A stretch of 64,000 nucleotides of DNA from contig OX597821.1 of NCBI GenBank assembly GCA_951406725.2, forward strand, positions 3,038,001 to 3,102,000. Direction: 5' to 3'. Below are positions 25,628 to 39,025 of this stretch, in pieces. The notes beneath the pieces are model-generated. The model was not told the DNA's origin, did not search any database, and saw nothing but the letters and a program-made list of their open reading frames with translations. This DNA comes from Octopus vulgaris (taxonomy: Eukaryota). Every line of letters starts with the position of its first letter. Position 1 is the first letter of the stretch. The translations under genes were made by a program, and so were the position numbers.

Positions 25628-26499
25628 AATATATATTTATATATACACACATATATATATACCAATATTTATATGTATATATATATAAGTATATATATGC
25701 ATACAAATACATATATATATATATATATATATGTAAATATTTGTATATATATGTTTATATATATATATATATATATCGTTTGCAATATACTTCACCAATT
25801 CTCATGTAGGCAAATTTATGTCATGCATGCATAAATGTTCCTGCTCATGTATACACAGAATTTCGGCTTCTACACTGTTTGTTTGCTTTCTTCTGCCAAG
25901 TGAATTTCACACCCAATGCTTTCATCTAGCCTACACTATGCTTTTTGAATCTTGAATAAACTAATGCACACCAGAAATGAAAACGAACCACCTCGTGGTT
26001 TTGAATTGCACACTTAAATACCTTTTTATGCTTCATTGTAGCCTTTCGTTGTATGTTGTGCAATTTTTACATGACTTATATACACGAGTTAACATATTAT
26101 CTAACGTTTGAATATTACACCGAAGACAACATTCACGAGCTCGTTTTCTCATAGTAAGCACACTCTGGTTTACCATATCGACAGGAATAGCTGCAAAACC
26201 CATCTCATTGTAACGCTACGAAGAATGAACGTTTGAGAAGGCTCCTGTCGCTTTCGATGTTGTGGGATAGATGGTTGACTGGTGAAGAAGTCCAGGATAT
26301 TATGCGTATCACCAACACCAAGTACATGTAAAATATAGTAAAATCTTAGATGAAATGTTGTACTCCTGTATATCTGATATGTAATAAATATATTCGGTAC
26401 CATATGACATTTTTATAATAAAATATACTAGCATTTACAATGTGTGCCATCGTTATGTCCCAACCACTTATATTTATATATATATATATATACATATAT

Positions 26500-26886
26500 A
26501 TTCTTTTCTTTTTCTTTTATTTGTTTCAGTCAATTGACTACGGCCATGCTGGAGCACCACGTTTAGTCGAGCAAATCGACCCAGGGACTTAGTCTTTGTA
26601 AGCCTAGTACTTATTCTATCGGTCTCTCTTGCCGAACCGCTAGGTGACGAGAAGATAAACACACCAGCATCGGTTGACAGACACAGACACATATACATAC
26701 ACACATACACACACATATACATACATACATACATACATATATACATACATATGTATTTCAGTTTCCGTCTACCAAACCACTCACAAGGCTTTGGTCGGCC
26801 CGAAGACACTTGCCCAAATTGTCACGCAGTGGGACTGAACCCGGAGTCATGTGGTTGGGAAGCAAGCTACTTACCACATAGTCACT

Positions 26887-26890
<4 letters not shown>
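26500..26890 (-). mobile_element. tRNA-derived SINE family C (CORE-like) with CR1/L2-type 3' tail
   Basis: Minus head AGGAGTGACTATGTGGTAAG..GGGTTCAGTCCC (A/B boxes), TTGGGCAAGTGTCTT, internal (TATG)n, tail GGTGCTCCAGCATGGCC..GACTGAAAC. Confidence 0.85.
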
Positions 26891-26920
<30 letters not shown>

Positions 26921-27303
26921 ACCCGACCACAAACCTATTAATGACTCACAAGGGCTATCAAAGATAAGCTACAACATAAACCCGCAATATTCACTTACAG
27001 ACAGCATTAAACACTCCATGCGTGCTTCCGTATATCTAGCAGTACTCAGGGATATATATGTTTGTATTTGGTATTCGCTTATAGATTTTTATTGAATTTA
27101 ATTATAGATATTATAAAATTATGCAATTACTTATCGCAATTGACACATCTCAGTGCTCCTGTACATTCATACTTACCCACACACAAACAACCACACGAAC
27201 AAGCACACATACACACACTCACACACGCACATATACTAACTTATTTTGCTGTTAAATTATATATGTCTGTATGTATAGATATCAGATATATATATATATG
27301 TAC

Positions 27304-27348
<45 letters not shown>

Positions 27349-27392
27349 CATATACATACATATATATAAATTACACATATAATCATATGTGC

Positions 27393-27439
<47 letters not shown>

Positions 27440-27513
27440 CACACACACACATATATATATATATGTATACATACATACAGATTTATATATATACATAAAT
27501 ATAAGTAGTTATA

Positions 27514-27563
<50 letters not shown>

Positions 27564-27937
27564 TATCAGTATATATATTATGTGTGTGTGTATGTGTGTA
27601 TGAAATTATAATGTATATATTTAATGCATATTAACAGGAATATAATTTTATGGAAATAAAATTGTTTCCATGGAAAATGTTTTTAAAATATAGCACATAT
27701 AATTCCCCCATGGCTCTCGTCGAGACTTGTTATTATCTAACTTTTAATTGAGATGAAACCTATTATCAGATATATGTTCGATTTGCATTATATTACTGAT
27801 CATAGTAATTATCTATTAACGTAACATAAAACTTAAAATGTGCGATCTTAAAACGTCTAAAATTCCTTAATGCCACTTTAGAACAGTCCGATTACGGACA
27901 TCAATTATGTATCTATATGAGTATATATGTGTATATA

Positions 27938-27996
<59 letters not shown>

Positions 27997-28269
27997 TTAT
28001 GTACATATATGTGAGTATGTATCAATTTACAAGTAACTATAACTAATTCTCTCAAAAACACAGTCATACACACACATATACAAAACATACATTTGCATAT
28101 GTTTGTAAGAGTGTGAATATGTGTGTATTTATATGTATATATACACAAGCACACACGCACACATACACTAAGGTAAGCACAGTCACTCGCCATACACACA
28201 AAGAAATGCACACGTACACACACACATACTATAACAAAACACACACACGATACATATACGCGCACACAC

Positions 28270-28700
28270 ATATACCTCCCTGTTTCTGACCTGCCTTTCT
28301 GACTTGCTAGGGTACCCCCACATCACTCCTTAATTCCACTCCTTAATTCTACTACTGCCTGCTACTAGCCATTGTCCACCATACACACACATACACACAC
28401 ACGCACACACTCACACATCCACCCTTGTCATCTGGCACACCTTTTTTACCATTCCTCCTTTGATTCAGCTCTCTTGTTTTTAAAAAATATTTTCCTCCAT
28501 TTTTACTACTTCCGTCTTTTCAGTATGTGACCCCGTGAATACTACCTGCAATATTTTTTCCTCTGTCCTCCCGTCTCGGGATCTTTCTTTCTCCAATGTT
28601 TCCGACGAAGAGCTCCGCTCGAAACGTCAAACACTCCTTCTTCCCTTCTTTCCTGAGCGTCCAATAATACTTTATTTGTTCCACATCCTGGCGTTGTTGT

Positions 28701-28705
<5 letters not shown>
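28270..28705 (+). mobile_element. PLE 3'UTR/pLTR remnant ending in (TA)n
   Basis: Contains the HHR motif at 28597-28633; downstream CCTGAGCGT..TAATAC..TTTGT resembles family B. Confidence 0.6.
28597..28633 (+). ncRNA. Minimal hammerhead motif, U4C core (CCGACGA)
   Basis: TGTTT-CCGACGA-A-GAGC-tcc-GCTC-GAAAC-GTC-AAACA; loopless palindromic ACGU stem III. Confidence 0.7.
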
Positions 28706-28785
<80 letters not shown>

Positions 28786-29129
28786 CACGCATATGTGTGT
28801 ACATACATAACAACATACACACGAACATACACGGACTCATCTATTTGCGTGTATATGTTCATATCTACATATATATGTATGTATGTCCTTGCCGTTTTCT
28901 TGGAAGTTTCTCTTTTTTTCTTTTGCGACGAAAAGCTATGCAAAAAACCTTAAACTCTCTCTTTTCACCAAGCGTCGAGCTTATACATCTCTTCTGAACG
29001 TCTTTACATTAATTTGTTTTCGTTTATTCGTTAATTGGAATTGACTACACACACAAACACACACACAAACACACATGCACACGCACACGCATACGCAAAC
29101 ACTCACATACATGCACACACACACATATG

Positions 29130-29780
29130 TTATGAGAGGTAATAGGTGTCAATAAGACTCAAAGGTATCAGGTAATGCTGAGTAAGTGCTATGGACATAC
29201 TATAGTTAAGCTCCAGGTTCGGTGAGTATGCGAATTAAGAGTCTAACGTGGGTCATATATAAGCATGTGTATTTATAAATAAAAAAATTCAGAATGAGAA
29301 AAAAAAACCAAGTCTGTGAAGAATTTATAACATTTATAAATAGGTCTTACGGCTGTTTCCGGAATAGTTTATATATCCTTTCTTCGGAGACGGCGTGAGA
29401 AAATGGTGAAGCAATCGTTAATTTAGATAAGATACGAAATAGAGAGTGGAGTGGAGGAATAGAGACAGAAGTGTGATATGCAGAAATATTGCATTTGTAG
29501 ATCCATTACTTAGGCTGAATGGTATAAAAGTTTCCAATCCCCTGTGAGTAACTTCCAATAGTATTTAAAATTGGTCATTCCAAGTATAGATTTTGTACAC
29601 AGTGCTTCTCTACAGCTATTTCAGACGTGCTATCTATTGATGAATAGAATTATTAGATCGTGCGGAAAAATCCGATGAATATATGAGAATTAAAATATTT
29701 TAAACATTTCAATTTCAAAGGAAAAATGCTATTTTGCTCTACCGACAGAAAATCCAGTCACATTGTTTAATTAAATATAT
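29130..29780 (-). mobile_element. Degraded PLE 3' end (GIY-YIG C-terminal remnant plus pLTR with HHR-like motif 29344-29391)
   Basis: Minus strand YYW..LETFIPFSL resembles the W..L.T..P.GLN end of PLE endonucleases; downstream GTCT-CCGAAGA..GGA/TCC-G-GAAAC-AGCC-GTA-AGAC. Confidence 0.55.
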
Positions 29781-29800
29781 GTCTATATATACATACATTC

Positions 29801-29906
<106 letters not shown>

Positions 29907-29924
29907 TTATATATGCAGAGACGC

Positions 29925-30092
29925 CTTTCGGTCATGACTGGCCATAGGATACCGGCTTCCCCTTTCTACGTCACCAGTATTATCCAAGGGAAAGGCAAAG
30001 GCCGATACAGCTTGGCACATGTGACGTCGCAACTCATTTCTACAGCTGAGTGAACTGGAGCATCGTGAAAGAAAGTTTCTTGTTCAAGAACC
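29925..30092 (-). mobile_element. SINE-like fragment
   Basis: TACAGCTGAGTGAACTGGAGCA..GTGAAA..AAGT.TCTTG.TCAAG resembles an antisense SINE central domain. Confidence 0.5.
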
Positions 30093-31039
30093 GACAAACT
30101 GCACCTTCACACACAAACATACACACACACACGCACTCATGCACATATATATATAAGAAGTGGATCATTGGTGTTTTAAAGTCATTATTTGATTAAATTA
30201 GGAGTATGTTTACAGCTGTTTCTATTTATTAAAATGGGGTAAATCTGCATTTACCTCGTTACAATTGATAAGGACACACGAATGAGTCTACCTGCTAGAG
30301 ATAAAAGTTAAAATCCTCGTTCAGACAACCGAAAATAACACTGAAAACAATAATAGAAGCAACATTTATCGGGCAAAATGGATCGAAAAAGCCTTCGCAT
30401 ACCAAGAAATATATAGCTTTATGCTATAGGGGTAGGTGAAAGAATTTCTTTTCGATTCGTTTCACCTGTGTACTGCTGATTCTGTTTTTTACTTCAGTGT
30501 TATTTTCGGTAATTGGAACGTGAATGTTGATATTTTTCTGCAGTAGGTAGACGCATTCGTGTGTCGTTATGATTGATATAATCTTAATTCTATAGCTATA
30601 TAAAGCTATTTTTGGCTTGCAACCACCTACATTTATTTTGCTGTTATTATCAACTATTTATATTGCCTTTGATAATAATAGCAATATTAATATCTATAGA
30701 AATTTTCATTCATGTATATTTGCTCCTGATTAATATTTTTCACACTGAAATTTATGATTTTGGCACAATTCAGGTCGCCAGCAGGTTTCAACGTGGTGGA
30801 TTGGGAAAATTTTTCAGGAGGTTAATATGCGCTGATGAAGATAAGAATGTTGTATAAAACCAGAACCCGGTACAAATGTATACTAATACCAAGAAATATA
30901 TAGCTTTATGTTATTTATATGTGTAAGATTTTTTCGATGCGTTTTGACCGAGTACTATTGATTCTTCTAGTATTTTCAGTGTTATTTTTGGCATTTGAAC
31001 GACAATTTTAACTCTTTTAACGCATTTCTGTTTCCTTAT

Positions 31040-31348
31040 GACAGTGGTTAGGGCAGCGGATTCGCAGTCGGGGGATCACAGTTTCGATTCCCAGACCGAG
31101 CGTTGTGTGTGTTTTGTGAGCGAAAACATCTAAAGCTCCACGAGGCTGCGGGCAGGGGGTGGTGGTGAAACCTGTTGTACTCTTTCGCACCAACTTTCTC
31201 TCACTGTTTCTTGCTGTTTCGTGAGTAACGTTGCGATGGACTGGCGTCCCGTTCAGCTGGCGGGGAAAACATGCGCCACAGAAACCGAGGAACCGGGCCC
31301 ATGAACTTGGCTAGGCTTCAGAAAGGGGGAATAAATAAATAAATAAAC
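31040..31348 (+). mobile_element. tRNA-derived SINE with V-domain-like segment and (AAAT)n tail
   Basis: CAGTGGTTAGGGCAGCGGA..GTTTCGATTCCC head; GCGATGGACTGGCGTCCCGT (V-SINE-like); AATAAATAAAT tail. Confidence 0.75.
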
Positions 31349-31504
31349 ATATATATATATATATATACCAGCGGATGCTTTAAGGGGTGTCGCAAAAGGC
31401 CTGGTTGGAGGCCCAACCTCCCAAGTGCTTTTACAAAACTTAGAAAATCCGAAGGACTACTGCAATCACTGTATGAATCTGAGCAGGGATCATAAAATCA
31501 TGTG

Positions 31505-32090
31505 TAGTAGCACCTCTACTATCGCGGCTAGGACGTTTTAGCCACCCCCGCGATAAGCGAAAATCCGCGGAGTAGAAAACATACGGTATAGTTTTATGTT
31601 AATATTTTTATGATTTGTATATATTTATTTTATCATAAATGCAAAACACCTCCACAAAGTAATTGACATAAGCTTAAATAATAAGCAATGATAGGTGAAC
31701 AGCGATATGCTGAGGAATTTCTGTATTACAGATCCACCTATATTTTCTTTTACCCATATGTGTGGATGAATGTGCGCATGCCGGAGTGTACGACGTTCGG
31801 GCTTCCACACAATTTCTGTTTCCCAAATTCCCTTGCAAGGCAATTAAGTACACATAGCGAAGACGATACTCAATGGAATCGAACACAAAACCATGTAGTA
31901 GCAAAGCGAACTTCTCACCCCACGAAGTCATGACAGCAAATATATAAAATTACACTATAAATAATTTGTAATCTTGCATGCGTATTTAATTTAAAACTAG
32001 CATCAGAAATGTGATATTAAAATGTGATAAGGTAGTATTCGCAATAAATCGCAAGAGAAAGCGTGATAAGTGATCTAGACGATATATAAA
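31505..32090. mobile_element. Tigger/pogo-like MITE relic
   Basis: Left end CCTCTACTATCGCGG..CCCCCGCGATAAGCGAAAATCCGCGGAGTAG; degenerate (GC)GTGATAAG subterminal motifs at ~32020-32085. Confidence 0.5.
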
Positions 32091-32261
32091 CAATTATAAT
32101 AATAAAGAATGTGTAAAAAATTTTTTTTAAATGTGTCAACATAATCTATTTTTGGAGAAGCATTTGTCACGATTTATATTTCCAAAAGAATGATTTCCAG
32201 GAATGAAAGCAGGCATTTGTCAGAAAAGTGGCAGACATTCATACATACATGCACAGTCATG

Positions 32262-32458
<197 letters not shown>

Positions 32459-32599
32459 ATATATATATATATGTATGTATATATATATACATACATTATA
32501 TACATACACACATGCACACACGTGTGTGTGTTTAATTTAAACATAAGAAAGTGACTCACTAATGGAAATTTAGTGCTGCTGCACCAATTTCTGCCGATA

Positions 32600-32617
32600 C
32601 ATCAGCTACTACTGCTG

Positions 32618-32698
<81 letters not shown>

Positions 32699-32780
32699 TT
32701 ACTATGGCTACTGCTGCTTCTACAAGCATCACTACCACGGCAAATACTGCTTCTACTGGTAATACTTTTATCAACAACAA
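32600..32780. repeat. (ACT)n/(AAT)n compound microsatellite
   Basis: Directly visible. Confidence 0.9.
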
Positions 32781-32807
32781 TAATCCTCATAACAATATAC
32801 CATTCAA

Positions 32808-33010
32808 TGATTGGCACAGTTCTGAAATTTTGGGGGAGGGGGGCAGTCGATTACATCAATCCCATTCCTCATCCGGTATCATATTGTCACGACCTTAGAA
32901 AGGATAAAAGCAAAAGTTGAACTCGGCGAAATTTCCGCTGAGAACTTAAAGAGCCGGACGAAATACTGAAAAATGTTTCTTCTCACATGGTAACGATTTT
33001 ACCAGCCCAC
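32808..33010 (-). mobile_element. SINE family A, diverged
   Basis: Antisense core GAAAGGATAAAAGCAAAAGTTGAACTCGGCG. Confidence 0.65.
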
Positions 33011-33035
33011 AGAACATTATCAACAACAATATCAT

Positions 33036-33135
33036 TTACGAGGGTGAATCAAAAACTATTGCCGTTTTGTTTAGGACAGGTATAATTACCAACTCAGGAA
33101 CGTGTATCATACATCAAAATGAAGCTGTTCCTCTG
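33036..33135. mobile_element. Mariner terminal inverted repeat fragment
   Basis: TACGAGGGTGAATCAAAAA terminus typical of mariner TIRs. Confidence 0.55.
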
Positions 33136-33311
33136 TGAGGGGGACAGTCTATTAGATCGACACTAGTGGGCAAATGGTACTTAATTTATCGAACCCGAAA
33201 TGATGAAAGACAAAGTCGACCTTAGCGGAATTTGAACTCAGAACGTAAAGACAGGCAAAATAATGCTTAGCATGTTGCCCGGCGTGCCGATGTTTCTGCC
33301 AGCTCGCCGCT
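33135..33311 (-). mobile_element. SINE family A
   Basis: Antisense AAAGTCGACCTTAGCGGAATTTGAACTCAGAACGT..TCTGCCAGCTCGCCGC. Confidence 0.8.
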
Positions 33312-35049
33312 TTGTTGCTAGAAAATATTAGTATCTAGCTATGTAAATAAAGACAAATTTACCATAGGTCGATAAGTAATTAGCTGTATATAATTCAATT
33401 TACCAGAATGAAATATTAGGGCGGAATATATATATATAGTGAACATATATAACTGTAGAGAATAGAGTTACACAGGAACAACCAGAAACAAAAAAAGGTT
33501 GTTATTATTTAGGAAATTCTACTTAACACCTATTCGAAATGTTAAGTGCATTTAATCCTATAACTGCAGAAAAGATATCTCTCTTAGCCCGTGGCTGCTC
33601 GTTAAATTTTGAAGAGTTTCAGTGGAAGTGTTTGTTTAAATATTTTATAAATTTCGTATTATTCTTGTTAAATACCGAAATTCATTAAGCATCCTTTCGA
33701 TAAAATTGTTTACAAATTGCATGACATTCACAGAATTTATATGCATATGTTTTCTTTATCTGTGGATATGAATGAGCAATAACTTCTTGTAATTTTAAAT
33801 AAGTAAACACTTAATATTTCATTATATCCTGAAGCTAAATATAATATTTTCCGCTTATTACAAACATATAAGTATGAAACCCCTAAAAATATTACTCTAG
33901 ATCTGAGACGATACTCATTTACATAACCAGATATACTAGACTAGATCAAGGAATGGGTCATTCACAGAAATGTTCCACACTATGGCCAACATGTACTCTC
34001 AGTCTCTACACTGTTTGGTTTTTCTATCATTTCTGCAATTCTATAATCACATGTGATTTCCACGCTGATGCATTTGATCCACTCATATTACCATTTTTCT
34101 TTTCCCATATAATATCCAAGCACCAGACCCCACTGTAATATAGTACGTAATTTCTTCTCTGAATGTTTAAACCTCAAATTAATTCCCCGTTCATGTTTAA
34201 TCTGCGGGTGTTAAGATTCAATATTTCACGAAGCACGAAGACACAAATGACAACGGTCAGAAACGCCCTGCGGAAGTCATAGCGATAGACTCCTCCTGAA
34301 GGCTTAAATATTAAAGCAAATAATAATAAATAAAATATATAGCAACGTTTCGTAATTTGTAGATAGCAGAGCGTTAAAAACCAAAAGTGACCTTAGCCAT
34401 GTTTGAAATTTGGAAGGAAAGAACCTGCTTAAATAATACTAACATTTTAACAATGCTCTAAATATTGTACTCGTTCAGTGTGTTAATGGTTTCTAATTTA
34501 GGCCCATGACCAACATTCAATCTAACATAGTAAAACGCTGGATTACCATGTTTGTATTAACAGATAATACGATTGCTGCATTTGTTTCTTTTTAGCAACA
34601 TCAGTTCTGTGAGAGCAGTCCGGTGATCAAAGGAAATCCAGCTTTGAGTATTTGGTTTAATATTTGCAATTCATTACAGAAAACAGCAATATATTGCAGA
34701 CAAATCCTATTTCTTATGGCCGTTAGATGTGTCTAATGTCATTATTTTTCTTTCGTAACATTTTTTCGTTGAATTCGTTGCAGTAAATTAACTCTGCTGG
34801 GGTATATTTCTTAGAATTCACAGAAGTTTATAGCTTAGATCGTATAACATAACGTTAGCTGATAATACTAATAAATCTGTGAGCCAATAATGTAGCGTAA
34901 ACTATACTTTGAACCAGCTGAAACAGACGAAACGAATATCTTTGAAGAAAAACTTTCAATTCAGTCTTTAAAACAGAATGGATGCATTGTATGTTGTCGT
35001 CTCAGATACATTATGCAGATAGACGCCCGGCTTCAGACAAACAATTACT

Positions 35050-35430
35050 ATATTTTGACTGGAAATGGAACCTGTCATTAACCACGGATCATAGTTTATT
35101 TGACTAGAGATCATTGGTTGACCTAAAGAAATATTATAGGTTTAGAGGAACGATGAACATAGTTCTGTTTGATAAGAGTTGAAATTTATGTTTGAACGGG
35201 ATACCTGGTTCTGTTTAGCTGGAGATCATATTTGAGGTTAACAATAGATCGAGGTTATTCTGACGAAATACTATAATTGGGTTTGAACAAATGTCATAGT
35301 TTTGTTTCATTATAGGTTTTAGGTATGTTTGACAGGAGATGATAGCTGTGTTTGACCTAATACTATTGTTGTGTTTAAACGGAAATCTAGAATGTGTTTG
35401 ACAAGAGACCATATGCTTGATTAACCAAAT
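35050..35430. repeat. Degenerate minisatellite, ~23-bp unit like ATAGTTCTGTTTGACAGGAGATC
   Basis: TGTTTGA-like motif recurs about every 20-25 nt. Confidence 0.6.
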
Positions 35431-35450
35431 ATTTTAAGTGTTATTGTTAT

Positions 35451-35850
35451 TGGTGGCATCCTTTTGTCTCGGGAGACATGGAAGTTGCGCATAAACTAAT
35501 CCAGTCTGGTTTTAACATATCATGTCCTCTCCAGTTTCTTCTTCAGTTTTGCACAGACCTGGGCTTGATGTAAGAAAATCCTGTGTAGCCCAATCGTCCG
35601 GATTCCTCTCTCGAAATTGCTGACGTAGTTCCAAAGAGTGCAGAGCAATACGTTTGGCACCAGATTGGTTGCCGGAGCTACCGGAATAGTGTCGAGTCAA
35701 ACACTAAACCGCCTACGGGGCTCCACTCCAGATTTCTTTGAAGGTTGTCTCCTTTCCGTAACCCTGGATAGGGGCCCATACCGGGTACTGTCAGCCTGAA
35801 CCAGCTGAGTCTGGTGTCAGGCAGGGTCGTCACTCCCTGAAGTAGGGAAG
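35451..35850 (-). mobile_element. Non-autonomous RTE-derived element
   Basis: Minus 3' end GTCTCCCGAGACAAAAGGATGCCACCA plus (ATAACA) tail resembles RTE termini; GC-rich non-coding 5' part. Confidence 0.5.
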
Positions 35851-36177
35851 AAAATCGCTACCCACTATATAAATTTTAAGTGTACTAGACACAGAATTAG
35901 CTTTTCGTGACCAGAGAAATAACCTAATAGATACAAGAACCTTATAGCGTTGATTTATGATAAATCATAAGTTTATTAGCCAAGAAACCATTGACTAGTA
36001 ACACAGATCTATTTGAAATGTTTGTGTAGGTCTGTGAAAGCTTAGAACGTAATCGACAAAACAGAAACGTCATTGTAGAGATAGAGCTGTCTTATTTGAT
36101 CCAGTTATCAGTAACTAATATAGCAACGAAATACTGTGGCGAATATCTATTCTCCCACCATCTATCAGTTTGTCTAA

Positions 36178-36210
<33 letters not shown>

Positions 36211-36309
36211 CATCTATCTATCTATCTATATCTTTCTCTCTCTCTCTTTGTTTCCTTTGCCCCCTCTCTTTTCTCTCTCCTCTGTCACGTGACCGCTGGT
36301 CAAAATCAG

Positions 36310-36725
36310 CCTTTTGGCCTGCTGTGAGAACATCTGTTGTCTTCGTCTGCCGATAAAGGCATTTTTCCAAAATACGCCAGCTAAACTTGTTGTACTGTTT
36401 ATTATTTGTAAGACACCCGCTGTTTTTGTCCTGTTTTTACCATTATTGTTTTTTGTATTTTATATTCGTGCGGCATCGTCCGTTTTTCTGTCCCTGTTTC
36501 GTATACATTCGATCCTTCTTCCAAGAAATCTAATGCTCGTAGCTTAGTTTTTCCTTGGGGCTGGCCGTATCGGAGCGATCTCAAGATTAATCAGCCGAAA
36601 TTGCTAGAATGATCCGGTTCTTGACTGAAGATTGAAGGCTTCGAATGTCCCGTCCGTGTTTTTTGTATCGTCTTCTAAATGTTTTACGTTCTTGTCCCAG
36701 TTTGTATTTTTCTACATAAAATAAT
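36310..36725 (+). mobile_element. (TA)n-associated repeat family D, copy 1
   Basis: Homologous to the reverse complement of 53725-54080 (TTCTTCCAAG.AAT.TAATGC..TTTTTC.TTGG..TGGCCGTAT..AAATTGC..GACTGA.GA). Confidence 0.6.
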
Positions 36726-36754
36726 ATATATATATATAAATATGTATAGGTATA

Positions 36755-36830
<76 letters not shown>

Positions 36831-36831
36831 A

Positions 36832-36985
36832 ATTTGATTGTGACCATGATGGAGCATCGCCTTTGGTCGAGCAAATCGATCCCAGGACTTATTATTTGGA
36901 AGCCTAGTTCTCTTTTGCCGAACCGCTAAATTACGGGGACGTAAACTCACCAGCATTGGTTGACAAGCGATGTTGGAGGCAAAAC
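36832..36985 (-). mobile_element. SINE family C 3' half
   Basis: CCATG.TGGAGCA.CGCCTTT.GTCGAGCAAATCGA..AAGCCTAGT..TTGCCGAACCGCTA matches 26540-26670. Confidence 0.8.
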
Positions 36986-37038
36986 ACATACACGCAAAAA
37001 CACACACACATACACACATACATATATATACACATACT

Positions 37039-37083
<45 letters not shown>

Positions 37084-37947
37084 ATATATGTATGTATGTA
37101 GCTTTGGAAAACAAATATATATATTCCCGTTTCTGTCACGCTAATTCATTCACTGTCGATTTTTAAAGACGTAAATTGCAAAAATTAACACCGAACATTA
37201 AACTAATTAATTAAGAATCAAATTTTAGTTTTAACAATGCTGAATTACAGTGAAACCCCAAGAAAAACGACAATACTTATAATTTACGTAATACCTTCAA
37301 CGCATAGCCCGTAGTATATTTTGAATAGCTTATTTACAATTAGTATTCGGCAATTTATTTCTATATTTAAACATGAACGGAGTTTCTGTGACACAATATT
37401 ACATCAAAGGCACACTATTATAGCAGCTATGTAGTTTGTACTCTCAACATCAACGTTTAAGTTCGAAATATATGACCACAAGTCGAAGCTTTCAATTAGA
37501 GTTGGTTTATATAACTAGATCAGATTGCAGTGAGATGAAGAAGTTTATAACAAATTCAACTGGGAGATTGAAGCATGTTACAATTGGTTGGAAGCCAAGT
37601 TTCTCTGATTAGGAACACTCTTTCTAAATTTATATTGACAGGTTTACATTCATAAGATGACAGACACAGGAACAAATAGAAAAATATATATATACAGACA
37701 TATATACAAAGAGCACTGAGAAATATATATATAGACACATAGGCGTACATATGAATAAAGATATACATATAAGAGTACATACATAACATACATAATATAT
37801 AAATGTGTTTGTATGAGTGTAAGGATATGTATGTGTATATGCATATACACATATGTGTATATATATATACATATATATATATATGTGTGTATATATATAT
37901 ACATATATATATATACATACATATATATGTATGTATTTATGTATATC

Positions 37948-37992
<45 letters not shown>

Positions 37993-38005
37993 CTATGTGT
38001 ATGCA

Positions 38006-38048
<43 letters not shown>

Positions 38049-38819
38049 ATATATGTATATATATATATATATATATCTTTATATATATATAGAGAGAGAG
38101 ACATACATACATATATATGTATATATATATATGTATGTATGTAATAATACGTGCAAGAGGATCCACAATTCCTGTTATTAGCGCTCTATTTGATCAAACA
38201 TCAAGAAAAATGTGTAGCGTCCGAATAGCCAAGCAGTTAATATCAGTATATTTTCTATCAGACAGAAAATGTTGACCATGGTGCCCAATATATAGCAGCC
38301 ATCTTTTGATAAATGCTAAAACGGTGTCTGTCAAGAATGTTCTTGGTTCGAAATTTAATATGTTTTTCGATTTTTCATATTATTTGCACAATGACTCAAG
38401 CTGTAATTCTAAAATCTTATCATGAACATATTTTGCAGAATTATTGTTAGCGGAGGTGAGAGGAATCAGACGACATCATGTAGACGACCATAATATTGGT
38501 CTATATTTTTCCCGCCAAAGGCTTAGAAATTTTGCATCGTCATAATATTTTCGATGAGCGTTATTTTCTCATACAACGATGTTCGAAATCTTTTTCGGTA
38601 TTTTCATGTGGAGTACGAAAATATTTTTCTGGGTATAATAGTAGTTACTCTGTTATAGTGGTCACAAAAATACTGAACAAGGAAATATCTAAACTACAAA
38701 TTTTAATAGTTTTTCTGTGATTTTCAGTCTTTTTTTATCTTCACACTCGACAAGTATACTTACAGCAATGCCTCTGCCTTGAGAGGGAGCTTCGTTTCTA
38801 CATAAAAGATTCCTAAGAT

Positions 38820-39025
38820 GGTCTTATCTTTACATACGTTTATAATGTCAAGAACATTTGAAAATTCTTGGAGATTTATCACCATCAGGATTGTAAATTA
38901 TTCATATGTAGAAACTGTTCATGCGACAAGATAAAATACATCTTTGCATAAAGCCCTTGAAAACGAGACAGATTTTAATCTGTGAATATTTTCATAAAAT
39001 GTTGGCATTCTTTTGAAAATGAAAA
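38820..39025 (-). pseudogene. Possible Helitron PIF1-helicase C-terminal relic
   Basis: Weak ordered remnants resembling FKR..SQG..HGQLY..SP across frameshifts. Confidence 0.25.

Noticed and set aside
26170-26403. Possible first exon on the minus strand (MRWVLQLFLSIW followed by GTAAAC)
   Set aside because: Short, no recognisable homology and no supporting downstream exon; needs RNA-seq.
30205-30290. GAAAC-AGCT-GTA half-hammerhead on the minus strand
   Set aside because: The upstream CUGANGA-like core is absent, so it is not counted as an HHR.
31040-31100. tRNA-like sequence (also at 26820-26890)
   Set aside because: These are SINE heads: incomplete cloverleaf continuing into a SINE body.
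35050-35430. CRISPR-like periodicity
   Set aside because: Eukaryotic context, degenerate units without unique spacers and no cas genes; it is a minisatellite.
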